Shown here: one piece after another, positions 11,894 through 20,507 of the stretch
How positions within the stretch are numbered: position 1 is the stretch's first letter
Layout: every line of letters starts with the position of its first letter
Origin: Trueperaceae bacterium
GTDB lineage: Bacteria > Deinococcota > Deinococci > Deinococcales > Trueperaceae
Length of the DNA: 64,000 bases
Reading direction: 5' to 3'
Assembly (NCBI GenBank): GCA_965213925.1
Contig: OZ243927.1
Location: forward strand, 2,752,001 to 2,816,000
Notes under the pieces: generated by a model
The model's input: only the letters and a program-made list of their open reading frames with translations
What the model was told of the DNA's origin: nothing
The model's database searches: none
Translations under genes and position numbers: made by a program

Positions 11894-12442
11894 ATGAACA
11901 TGCCTAGTTTTTCACGGTTTCGCTCCGGCACGGCCCTCTCCTATCCTTCGGGTCAGAGCGTGACGTATAGCGAGATGGAAAAGAGCGGGTTGCAAGAGCA
12001 CTATATCCGCATTCTGCATAAACTCATCTCTAAAGGAGAGGTTGACAAAGCGCAAGTAAACACGTGGCTGAGCCGCGCCGCCTCGAAAGACCGCGCGGAG
12101 GGTCGCAAGGTCAGAGACGAACTCGAGGCGACCCAGCCCGCGCCCGCGATTCCTACGCCAGCGGCGAAAGCGCCTGGCACGCTTCGTTCCGGTCAAAACC
12201 GCTCCGGGGCGCGTTCAACGGCTACCGGCACGAAGCGCGGACGCGCCGAAAAGCTCCTCACGCTCGTTTCGAAGGGCAACCATAAGGAAGCCGTCAAAGC
12301 GGCCAGGACGTATGACCTCTCCCCTACGCAGGTCGCAGAAGCTGCGCTCCGCCCCGGACAGTCGACCGAAGCGCACGTGGTGAAAGCGCCGACGAAAGTC
12401 GCGAGCAAGTTGATTACGACGGGGTACTGGGCGACGCAGTGA
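11894..12442 (+). CDS. Hypothetical basic protein
   Basis: 182-aa ORF with a TACGCT -10 box 6 nt before ATG; no family recognised. Confidence 0.55.
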   Translation: MNMPSFSRFRSGTALSYPSGQSVTYSEMEKSGLQEHYIRILHKLISKGEVDKAQVNTWLSRAASKDRAEGRKVRDELEATQPAPAIPTPAAKAPGTLRSGQNRSGARSTATGTKRGRAEKLLTLVSKGNHKEAVKAARTYDLSPTQVAEAALRPGQSTEAHVVKAPTKVASKLITTGYWATQ

Positions 12443-12572
12443 CGCTTACGCGAAGAGGGTCGTGAAGAGGATGGAGGCAGCGTTGCGAACGCAGAAGGAC
12501 TTGGTGCTGAGCCCGTCGCCTACAATCACGACCCCGCCGCTGCTCGCTGTTTTCTCTAGGCAGGCGTCTACA

Positions 12573-14507
12573 TCACTCGTTCAGCACCTCTTTGGCGCGT
12601 CTGGTTTCAACGATGAGTTGCACGTCGCCAGGGTTGTCTTGCCAGCGCGCGGGGTCCACATAGTAGGTCGCGTAGTAGAATCTGCCGCTGTCTGAAGGTT
12701 TGATATCGGTTTCTTGCTCGAGCAAAGACCATAGCGCCTCTACCCTGCTCTCCTGCTGAGCGTCCTGAACCGTAGCGGCTTTAAGAAGCGCCTGCAGCTT
12801 GCCGTAGCCAAATTTGTCGTTCACCGCTTGCAGGTCGACGACTACCTCTTCACCTTCGGGGCTGACTTTGGCGACCTGTATGTAGCTCGCGGTCGGTCCA
12901 GCGATGCCGCCAAAAACGGGATAGAGCGCGAAGGGCCAGCCGTCTTTGATGCGCACGAGACCGAACGCGAGGTTGACGCTAACGAGCAGCGTACCGACGA
13001 GGACGATAGGCGCGAGTTTTGCAGCGCGGGGCAGTGCTGACGCCTTGGTAGGAAGAGACCTACCTTGTTTTTGCCCCAGCAGCGTGTCGGGCAGGAGGAA
13101 TAAGAAAGGCAGGAGTGGCCATAGGACGAGCACTCGGGCGCAGAGTCCGCGGAGCGCCCCCATGCCCACGCGGCGCTCCGCGCCAACCTCGAAGTATGGT
13201 CCCGACGCGCCCTGCGCCGCTTCCTGCTCTTTCCTAGGGATATAGTTCACCCGGCCGAAGAGGTCGAGCACGCGAACCGCGCCGAGCGTGCGCCCCAAAA
13301 CTGTGCGCTCGTCGTAGACGAGGCGCGCCTCTTGCGGATAGATTTTCGCGCCGAGCCAGGTGAATACGCGGTGCCAATCGACGAAGGTCAGGTAGGCGAT
13401 CTGCAAACTGTAAAAGGGGATGCGCATGACCAGGTTCGTCACGCTGTGAAAACTAAAGCCGACGACCGCGACGACGGGGCGCAGGAGCGGGAAAAAGATG
13501 AGCAAGACGAACGCGAGCTCGAACGCGACCGCCGCCGCTGCGCCGCCTTGGTAAAGCAGCGGCGAGCTGTCGAGGCGCAGAAACGGAACCCACTCGCCGA
13601 GCGAGACCCAATTTCTAAACATGATGTTGCGAAAGTTGTCACCCAAAATCCAGGCAAAGCCGCCCGTCGCGAGCTTGTACAGTCCTGGAAAGAGGTAGGC
13701 GACCGCCATGAGGAGCCATATAAACCTGAGGGGCAGCGCGTACGCTCGGCTCGCCCGCGGCGTCCAGTCGCCGTGACGCCAGGCGCGGCGAAAGGCGTCG
13801 ACCGATAAGGTGTCGGCACAGGGGCTCACCGCCATGATCGCCATAAAGAAGATCAGGTGGTTATAGTGGTCAATCTTGCCGAAGAAGTTCGGGATGCCCA
13901 GGACGTAAACGCCTAGCACGAGCGCTAGGAGGGCCGAGACGCGCGTATACGCGCCGACAGCCGCCAGCAGGCTCGAGAGGACAAAGAGGTGATACGCCCA
14001 CGTGACGGTGGTCGGGTTTATAGGAAGTACGCTCAGAAGCCAATTCATGCCGACGGGCGGACTCAGAAAGACCTCGGGCAGCGTGCTGAAGAGCAGATAG
14101 TAGTCTTTGCTGTAAAGAAACGCCGCGAACGTAAAGAGGACGATGCGAAAAAGCGCCAGCGTGAGCGGGTGCGCCTCGGCGTTAAAAAAGCGCACGACGA
14201 GGTCCCGAACGTGCGCGCGGTAGATCGCGGCGACGCTGAGCAGCAGTCCGGAGGTGCAAGCGAGCGTCCAGAGCGCGAAGAGGGGGTCGTCGCGTAACCG
14301 GTGGGGGCTACCGCCCGTATCGCCTGGCGGCGCAGCGAGTTTGCTCAGCGCCGCGCCGGGTAGCACCTCACTCAAGGCGCGAAGCAGCGGCTCAGCGAAA
14401 AGCGCGTAAAGTAGCCCGCCGCCGAGCACGAGCGCTGCAAAAACGCCTAGCGCTAAGAGCGCCCGAGACGACTTCTTATCTGCAGACATGTCAACCCCTA
14501 TGTACAC
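12573..14507 (-). CDS. HTTM-domain membrane protein with a degenerate DCC1-like thiol-disulfide domain
   Basis: LALFRI, FGKIDH, YLFPGLYKL, FELAF...FH motifs; 'LVYDE...' segment lacking the CxxC; start uncertain. Confidence 0.7.
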   Translation of the reverse strand: MYIGVDMSADKKSSRALLALGVFAALVLGGGLLYALFAEPLLRALSEVLPGAALSKLAAPPGDTGGSPHRLRDDPLFALWTLACTSGLLLSVAAIYRAHVRDLVVRFFNAEAHPLTLALFRIVLFTFAAFLYSKDYYLLFSTLPEVFLSPPVGMNWLLSVLPINPTTVTWAYHLFVLSSLLAAVGAYTRVSALLALVLGVYVLGIPNFFGKIDHYNHLIFFMAIMAVSPCADTLSVDAFRRAWRHGDWTPRASRAYALPLRFIWLLMAVAYLFPGLYKLATGGFAWILGDNFRNIMFRNWVSLGEWVPFLRLDSSPLLYQGGAAAAVAFELAFVLLIFFPLLRPVVAVVGFSFHSVTNLVMRIPFYSLQIAYLTFVDWHRVFTWLGAKIYPQEARLVYDERTVLGRTLGAVRVLDLFGRVNYIPRKEQEAAQGASGPYFEVGAERRVGMGALRGLCARVLVLWPLLPFLFLLPDTLLGQKQGRSLPTKASALPRAAKLAPIVLVGTLLVSVNLAFGLVRIKDGWPFALYPVFGGIAGPTASYIQVAKVSPEGEEVVVDLQAVNDKFGYGKLQALLKAATVQDAQQESRVEALWSLLEQETDIKPSDSGRFYYATYYVDPARWQDNPGDVQLIVETRRAKEVLNE

Positions 14508-14809
14508 GATCTCGAGGCGCGCTGGCAGGGCACCTCAGAAGTAAGATAACGTTACGCAGCTCGCGGTGCGACACTGCTTCTGACCTGCTGAGTTTTTGAG
14601 ATCGCTTCTTGGTTTGTCCAGCAAGTTTGTTGCAGCTTACCAGATGTCACGTTTCACGTTCACGACATGAAAACTTGGCTTCGGAAACTGTGCGAGAGGT
14701 GCTAGATGCACCATCCTGTGGACATTTCACACGTTTACAATAATAGGCTCAGCTCGTTTGAGCCAACCTTACGTTTAGAAACGTCAGTCGGAACGTGGGC
14801 AGAACTGTG

Positions 14810-14849
14810 CCAAGTCGCGAGAGAACTTTGCAGTTCTCTCGCGACTTGG
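14810..14849 (-). terminator. 18-bp perfect inverted repeat, probable terminator
   Basis: CCAAGTCGCGAGAGAACT-TTGC-AGTTCTCTCGCGACTTGG just after the dehydrogenase stop codon. Confidence 0.7.
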
Positions 14850-14862
14850 TAAGTCATACCGT

Positions 14863-16194
14863 TTAGGCGACTAACTCGTTTTGCTTGTCGTCCTCCCAGC
14901 AGAGCGCCCGGTAGTCTAAGCCGGCCGGAACCTGGTCAAAAAGTCCCGCCAAATCCAGGACCTTCGTGCCGGCTGGCACCGCCAAGAGCGCCTCCCGAAA
15001 CTCATCGGTCGCGTGCGTGACGATGATGAGGTCGGCATAGTCAAGCGCACCTTGCAAGTCATCGGTCAAGAGCGCCTCGAAGTGAGGCAAGTTCTGCTGG
15101 ATGAAGCTGAGGTTCGCGCCCATGAGGTTCGCCTGATAGACCGCGCTGTCGTAGATCGCGATTTCGCGACCTTCGCCTAAGAGCTTCTTGACGAGCGGCA
15201 CCGCCGGGCTCTCGCGCAGGTCGTCCGTTTTCGGTTTGAAGGCGAGGCCTAAGACAGCGACGCGCTCGGCGTCCGCCTCCAACGCGACGTTGCCCGCGAG
15301 TTCGACCATCGTCTGGTTGCTCACCGGGATCGCTTCTAGCATGGGCACGCTCACGTGCTGCTCGCTCGCGTAGTGGATGAGCGCTCCTAAATCCTTAGGC
15401 AAGCAGGAGCCGCCGTAGGCGAAGCCCGGCTTCATGTACGCGGGGGATACATTGAGCTTCGTGTCCTGCGTGATGATATCCATGACCTCGCGTCCGTCGA
15501 CGCCGAATCCCTTTGCGACGCGGCCTACCTCGTTGGCGAAGGCGATTTTGGCAGCGTGCCAGGTGTTGGCGACGTACTTAACCATTTCGGCGACCGCGGG
15601 TTTCACGACGACAAAGGGCGCGTCGAGTCCGGCGTAGATGTCGCGCACCGCCGCCTCCGCGATGGGGTCTTCCGTGCCGATGACGGTGTAGGGGGGCGCG
15701 TCGTAGTCTTTGATGGCGGAGCCCTCGCGCAAGAACTCGGGGTTGAACGCGACGTGAACGGGCGTCTCGCCCGCCTCTTCGCGCAAAATGTCGCGGCAGC
15801 GCTCCAGGGTTCCTGGCGGCACCGTGCTGCGCAAGATCACCACGTGGGGCTCGCCCTTTTCGCGTACGGCTTTGCCGATTTCGCGGCACACCGTGTAGAC
15901 GTAGTGCAGGTTCGGTCCCCCTTGCGCGTCGGGGGGCGTGCCGACGCTGATTAAGGACAGCTCCGACGCGGCGGCAGCTTCAAACGCGTTGCCGGTCGTT
16001 TTGATACGACCTGCGCTGACATATTCGCCGAGCAGTTCCTCTAAGCCGGGCTCGACGACGGTCGATTTACCGCTCGCGAGCAGCTCGAGCTTCGCCGGGC
16101 TCACGTCCACGCCGATGACCGTATTACCGTCACGCGCTAAGCACGCCGCCGTCACCGTTCCGACATAGCCTAAACCGAATACACTGATGTTCAT
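14863..16194 (-). CDS. algD: GDP-mannose/UDP-glucose 6-dehydrogenase (AlgD-like)
   Basis: MNISVFGLGYVG, ISVGTP, RSTVPPG, NPEFLREG, PGFAYGGSCLPKD, GLAFKPKTDDLRESP; substrate not proven. Confidence 0.8.
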   Translation of the reverse strand: MNISVFGLGYVGTVTAACLARDGNTVIGVDVSPAKLELLASGKSTVVEPGLEELLGEYVSAGRIKTTGNAFEAAAASELSLISVGTPPDAQGGPNLHYVYTVCREIGKAVREKGEPHVVILRSTVPPGTLERCRDILREEAGETPVHVAFNPEFLREGSAIKDYDAPPYTVIGTEDPIAEAAVRDIYAGLDAPFVVVKPAVAEMVKYVANTWHAAKIAFANEVGRVAKGFGVDGREVMDIITQDTKLNVSPAYMKPGFAYGGSCLPKDLGALIHYASEQHVSVPMLEAIPVSNQTMVELAGNVALEADAERVAVLGLAFKPKTDDLRESPAVPLVKKLLGEGREIAIYDSAVYQANLMGANLSFIQQNLPHFEALLTDDLQGALDYADLIIVTHATDEFREALLAVPAGTKVLDLAGLFDQVPAGLDYRALCWEDDKQNELVA

Positions 16195-16508
16195 ACCTGA
16201 TCTCCTAATTGGGGGGTTGAGGTTTGGGTCTTACCCGCTGCCTATTGCGTTAGCCTAGCACGCCCTTCTCACTTTCACGCTGCACGATGACCATTTTTTA
16301 ACTTTTGATGAAATAAGTACTTCGGCTTGGATAAGCTAAACGATTTCGAGGAAGTTTTCGCCCTCAGAACGGACTTCGCTGATATCTTCAAATTTGGGTT
16401 ATTTTGGCGCACCTGACTTAGGGTGGAGAAACGCCTCTTGAAGAGGCTTGCCACCGTCCGAATCGTAACGCTCGAGTTAGAGAAATTTATGAGATACAGA
16501 TGGAAATA

Positions 16509-16543
16509 TAAAAAAGTAGAGGCTGCGAGACGCAGCCTCTACT
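16509..16543 (-). terminator. Intrinsic terminator of the iscA-like gene
   Basis: AGTAGAGGCTGCG-AGA-CGCAGCCTCTACT followed by a T-run on the minus strand. Confidence 0.8.
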
Positions 16544-16574
16544 CGTCAAGTTTCGATAAACTGATCTAGGTTTA

Positions 16575-16946
16575 TCAGTGGCAGCTCGGCGCGCCTTCAC
16601 CGTTGGGAGCTTGTCTGCCGTCCGTACGAAAGGAGCTGCCGCAGCCGCACGCGCTCGTCGCGTTGGGGTTACTCACGCTGAAGCCGCCGCCCATCATGTT
16701 CTCGACGTAGTCGACTTCGGAGCCGTCGAGTAGGGGTAAACTCATCTTGTCGACGACTAAGCGCACGCCTCTATCTTCAAAAACGGTGTCGCCCTCTAGG
16801 GAGCGCTCGTCTATCGCCATGCCGTAGGAGTAGCCGCTGCAGCCCCCCGACTTGACGAAGACGCGAATCGCCGCGTTCTCTTTCTGGTTAGCCTTGAGCA
16901 GCTCGCTCGCTTTGCTAGCAGCCACGTCGGTAAAATTCATAGACAT
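16575..16946 (-). CDS. iscA: A-type Fe-S cluster carrier (IscA/SufA/HesB)
   Basis: GGCSGYSY and [14 protein letters not shown]. Confidence 0.9.
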   Translation of the reverse strand: MSMNFTDVAASKASELLKANQKENAAIRVFVKSGGCSGYSYGMAIDERSLEGDTVFEDRGVRLVVDKMSLPLLDGSEVDYVENMMGGGFSVSNPNATSACGCGSSFRTDGRQAPNGEGAPSCH

Positions 16947-17081
16947 CTTGTCCTCCTGAAGTGCGTGTAAGCAACTTACGCTATAGATTATAGCACGCGG
17001 TGTTTAGGGGTGTGGAGCGCTAACGTTACCTTGAAGGTCACGTCGCTTCGCTGCTCTGAACGTTCGGTTTCTCTCGTTATA

Positions 17082-18289
17082 AGTACCTCAACAGATTTAA
17101 TCTAAACCGAGTTTTGGTTTAGCGAAGTTGATGTTGAGCAGTGAGCCGACAGCGGCTAAGGCAAGCTGCGCGGCGTAACGAAGGTGTTCAAAGCGGAGGT
17201 AGTCCTGGGGTCTGAGCCAAAGGTTACCGCCAACGGCGGCTAGCGGGAGCGGGACCACGCGACTTCGCTTTACGCGATCACCTGTCTCGCACTTGAGCTT
17301 GCGCCGAACTAGCCCCAACGGGCCGCTAGCGGGAACGCGCCACGCGTGACGCTTTGCCCGTTCTAGAGAGGATTTCGGCTAGGTTGAGATGCGGTGAATA
17401 GGTGGGTAGAAGAGGGTGAGCCCACGCCGCTCCCAGCTAGGGCGACGTTCCTGTATAGCTTTAGCGGTATGTATCTTGGCGTTATCCAGGACGATCACAG
17501 TTCCTCTGCTGAGCTTCAGAGAAAGACGTTCAAGCCGCTCGGCTAGAAATTCGACCGTGTAGGGACGCTGACCTCGAAAAGCGAGGCGCTGTTCCGGCGA
17601 ATCAGTCCGAGACAGTTGAGTCCCGGACCTCGACTTGTAGGCGTCCACACGTCCTCACCCTTGAACTGCCGAGCATAGGGGACGACGGGGTCGAGCGAGA
17701 CGCGGCACTCGTCAGCGTAGTAGAGGTCGAGCAGGTTAGACGCACTCATCTGTTCGAGTAGCGCTAATCCTTCGACTTCGAGGCTGCAGAACTCCGGGCA
17801 CGGCTCTTCGAGGGGACGCTCTCGGATTCGTTTACCTGTGCCCCGAACAGGGTATATCGGCGGTTTTTTGACAAAGCGTTTCAAGGTCTCCTCGCTAAAG
17901 GACTTGCCTAGCATCTGCTCGGGCTCTTCTCTAGCAACCGAGAGTTCCTGACGGTGTTCAGCTACAACCTCTCTTACCTTAGCCAAGTCAGCCTCTTCGA
18001 GGATCGGCTCGCGCCCCCTACCCCAGAGGGTTCTTGGTCCCTCAATACCTCCTTGTCTAGAGCGCTCTAGCTAGATGTCGACTGTGACCTGGTCGCAACC
18101 CACCTGCTTCGCTACCTCTGCCGAGGTGCGCCGCTCGCGCTTGAGTAACACCCCTTTACACCGCTGACGATAACTGTGAGTTTTGCCTGTTCGGTACTCG
18201 CGCTCGAGTGCTCGGCGTTCGTCTTCACCTAACTCGACATATCTGATCTGCCCCATACCGACATTTTAGCTTATCTCTGTGTGGGTACT
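17082..18289 (-). mobile_element. Decayed IS630-family insertion sequence
   Basis: Imperfect terminal inverted repeats AGTACCTCAACAGATTTAATCTAAA (left) and AGTACCCACACAGAGATAAGCTAAA (right, reverse complement), with TA at both ends; they enclose transposase fragments. Confidence 0.85.
17097..18256 (-). pseudogene. IS630 transposase pseudogene
   Basis: HTH N-terminus with GRGREP; DDE motifs YADE, VLDNAKIH, PYSPHLNLAE; in-frame TAG at 18071-18073, frameshifts near 17560 and 17405, and hairpin insertions. Confidence 0.88.
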
Positions 18290-18493
18290 AAGCATTAGAG
18301 AAGGCAATCGAAACGCGCATTTAGCGCTTAGAGATGACTCAGAGCGAGTAGAAATGACGTATTCCGGCGAGTAACGCAGGGGTGCGAATGCATTTTGTAG
18401 TGGATTCACCCGGAATCCGTATCAGAACGGTCCGCGAGGCTCGAGTGACCAATTTCGGGTTTCTTTTCGGAGCACGTGCTAGATTAAGGCGTC

Positions 18494-19759
18494 ATGCGAA
18501 TTATCTACCTTCACCAATACTTTACGACACCCGAACGCGTCGGGGGAATACGCTCTTACGAGATGGCGCGGCGGCTCGTCGCGGCGGGTCACGAGGTGCA
18601 CATGATCACCTCGAGCAACGCGCCGACGACCGAGACCGACTGGTACCAAACCGAAGAGGCGGGCATCCACGTCCACTGGCTGCCGGTGCCTTACTCCAAC
18701 CGGCAGAGTACGTTAGAGCGCATCAAAGTCTTTCTCCGCTTCGCGTACGGCTCCCTGCGCAAAGCCGCCTCTTTAGAGGGCGACGTGATTTTTGCGACCA
18801 GCACGCCCCTAACCATCGCCATTCCCGGACTCTACGCTTCCTGGCGTAAAAAGGTGCCTTTAGTCTTCGAGGTCCGTGACCTGTGGCCCGAAGCGCCGGT
18901 CCAGATGGGCGTGCTGACGGCGGGTCCACTGGTTGCTGCCGCCAAGCGTTTGGAGCGCGCCGCGTACCGGCGCTCGAGCCACGTCGTCGCGCTCTCGCCG
19001 GGCATGAAAGCGGGTGTTGTCGCCGAGGGTGTGCCCGAGGAGCAAGTGACCGTCATCCCGAACGCTTCGGATTTAGACCTCTTCCGCCCCGACCTAGACG
19101 GCAGCAGCTTCCGCAAGGAATTCGGTCTCGAGGGCAAAACGGTCTTCATCTACTTCGGCACGATGGGGCCCGCCAACGGGCTTGGCTTCGTGCTGGACGG
19201 CGCAGCCGAACTTAAAAAGCGCGGCAGGGACGACGTCGCGATCATCTTACACGGCGACGGCAAGGAGCGCGACATGTTAGAGGCGCGCAAAAAGACCGAA
19301 GGCTTAGACAACGTCGTCTTCTCGAGCTGGGACAAGCACCGCGACGACATCGCCCGCTTGGTCGCCTCCGCCGACGTCGCCATGACCATCTACAAAAACG
19401 TGCCGGTTCTCTACACCTGTTCACCGAACAAGATGTTCGACTCCTTTTCAGCCGGTAAGCCCGTCCTGACCAACATGCCGGGCTGGTTGGGCGGGCTCGT
19501 CGAGCAAAACCGCGCAGGCGTCTTCGTCGAGCCCGACAACGCCGCAGCCTTCGCGGACAAGGCTGAATACCTAGCGGACCACCCCGAGGTGCGCCGCGAG
19601 TTCGGTAAAAACGCACGCAAGCTCGCCGAGGCGGACTTTTCGCGGGACAAGCTCGCGCAGAAGTTAGAGCGCATCCTCGCCCAAGCAGCGCGAACGAAAG
19701 CGGGCCAACCCGCCTCCGTAGGCGAGATTTCCGACAGCCTAGGCGGAGTCAGCAGTTAG
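18494..19759 (+). CDS. Glycosyltransferase family 4 (WbuB-like)
   Basis: YLHQYF, VFEVRDLWPE, VIPNASD, SPNKMFD..AGKPV. Confidence 0.9.
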   Translation: MRIIYLHQYFTTPERVGGIRSYEMARRLVAAGHEVHMITSSNAPTTETDWYQTEEAGIHVHWLPVPYSNRQSTLERIKVFLRFAYGSLRKAASLEGDVIFATSTPLTIAIPGLYASWRKKVPLVFEVRDLWPEAPVQMGVLTAGPLVAAAKRLERAAYRRSSHVVALSPGMKAGVVAEGVPEEQVTVIPNASDLDLFRPDLDGSSFRKEFGLEGKTVFIYFGTMGPANGLGFVLDGAAELKKRGRDDVAIILHGDGKERDMLEARKKTEGLDNVVFSSWDKHRDDIARLVASADVAMTIYKNVPVLYTCSPNKMFDSFSAGKPVLTNMPGWLGGLVEQNRAGVFVEPDNAAAFADKAEYLADHPEVRREFGKNARKLAEADFSRDKLAQKLERILAQAARTKAGQPASVGEISDSLGGVSS

Positions 19760-19816
19760 AGGTCTGGTTGGGGGTTGGCCAAGCTCGTCAGGACTTGCTA
19801 TACTAGCGAGTCTTAG

Positions 19817-19892
<76 letters not shown>

Positions 19893-19931
19893 CAAAAGTC
19901 GCTAGAAAAATGGTGCTAAAAGTAGTGAGAT

Positions 19932-19975
19932 GTGAAGAGGACACCTCGAGCGCTCGAGGTGTCCTCTTCACTTTT
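19932..19975 (+). terminator. Intrinsic terminator after tRNA-Trp
   Basis: GTGAAGAGGACACCTCGAGC/GCTCGAGGTGTCCTCTTCAC palindrome followed by TTTT. Confidence 0.8.
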
Positions 19976-20277
19976 CTACTTCTAAGCGGATGTGCCTATA
20001 TCAAAAACGTGCACGACTCGGCTAAACGTATCTCTAAAAAGATTTATTTCACAACATTTTGGAACGTGAAATGAATCTTGCGTAAATTTATCGAGGAGCT
20101 TGATTTCGGTGTGGCGTTTCATTATAGGAACACTCGCGACGTTCGCTTGGTCCTAGCCGCTTAATTTAGACTTTTTAGCTTATCGCTGCGCTGAAGCGAG
20201 GGCTGCTCCACCCTCTTTAGAAGAGCGTCAGGAGCCAGCTTCTACACGAGAAGTGAAGCGGGTTAGGCGCTACCCCT

Positions 20278-20307
20278 TTGACAAGGAGCGTTGGGAAAAC
20301 TTACACT
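20278..20307 (+). promoter_or_regulatory. Sigma70-type promoter upstream of the NhaC gene
   Basis: TTGACA-18 nt-TACACT. Confidence 0.55.
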
Positions 20308-20507
20308 TGAGAATGTAGTTTGACATTCTATGGTCGATAGCCTCCCAATCATCGTACTTGACTATGGAACTTATTACAGAGACACGTATCTTTTACCGCT
20401 CGAGACTGAGGTTTGAGCGACGTAGAGTTGCGAATCTCAGTGAGGAGGTCGCTCCGCAAGTCGCAAAAGGTGTTAAATCTAGTTAGAGATACTTTAAGGA
20501 GGACTCA

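Noticed and set aside
17220..17366. Possible mini-CRISPR array or known ribozyme
   Set aside because: There are only two divergent units, the 'spacer' is transposase coding sequence, no cas genes are present, and I saw no hammerhead core.
20310..20507. Lysine, c-di-AMP or SAM riboswitch before nhaC
   Set aside because: Consensus aptamer motifs were not recognisable; kept only as an unassigned structured leader.
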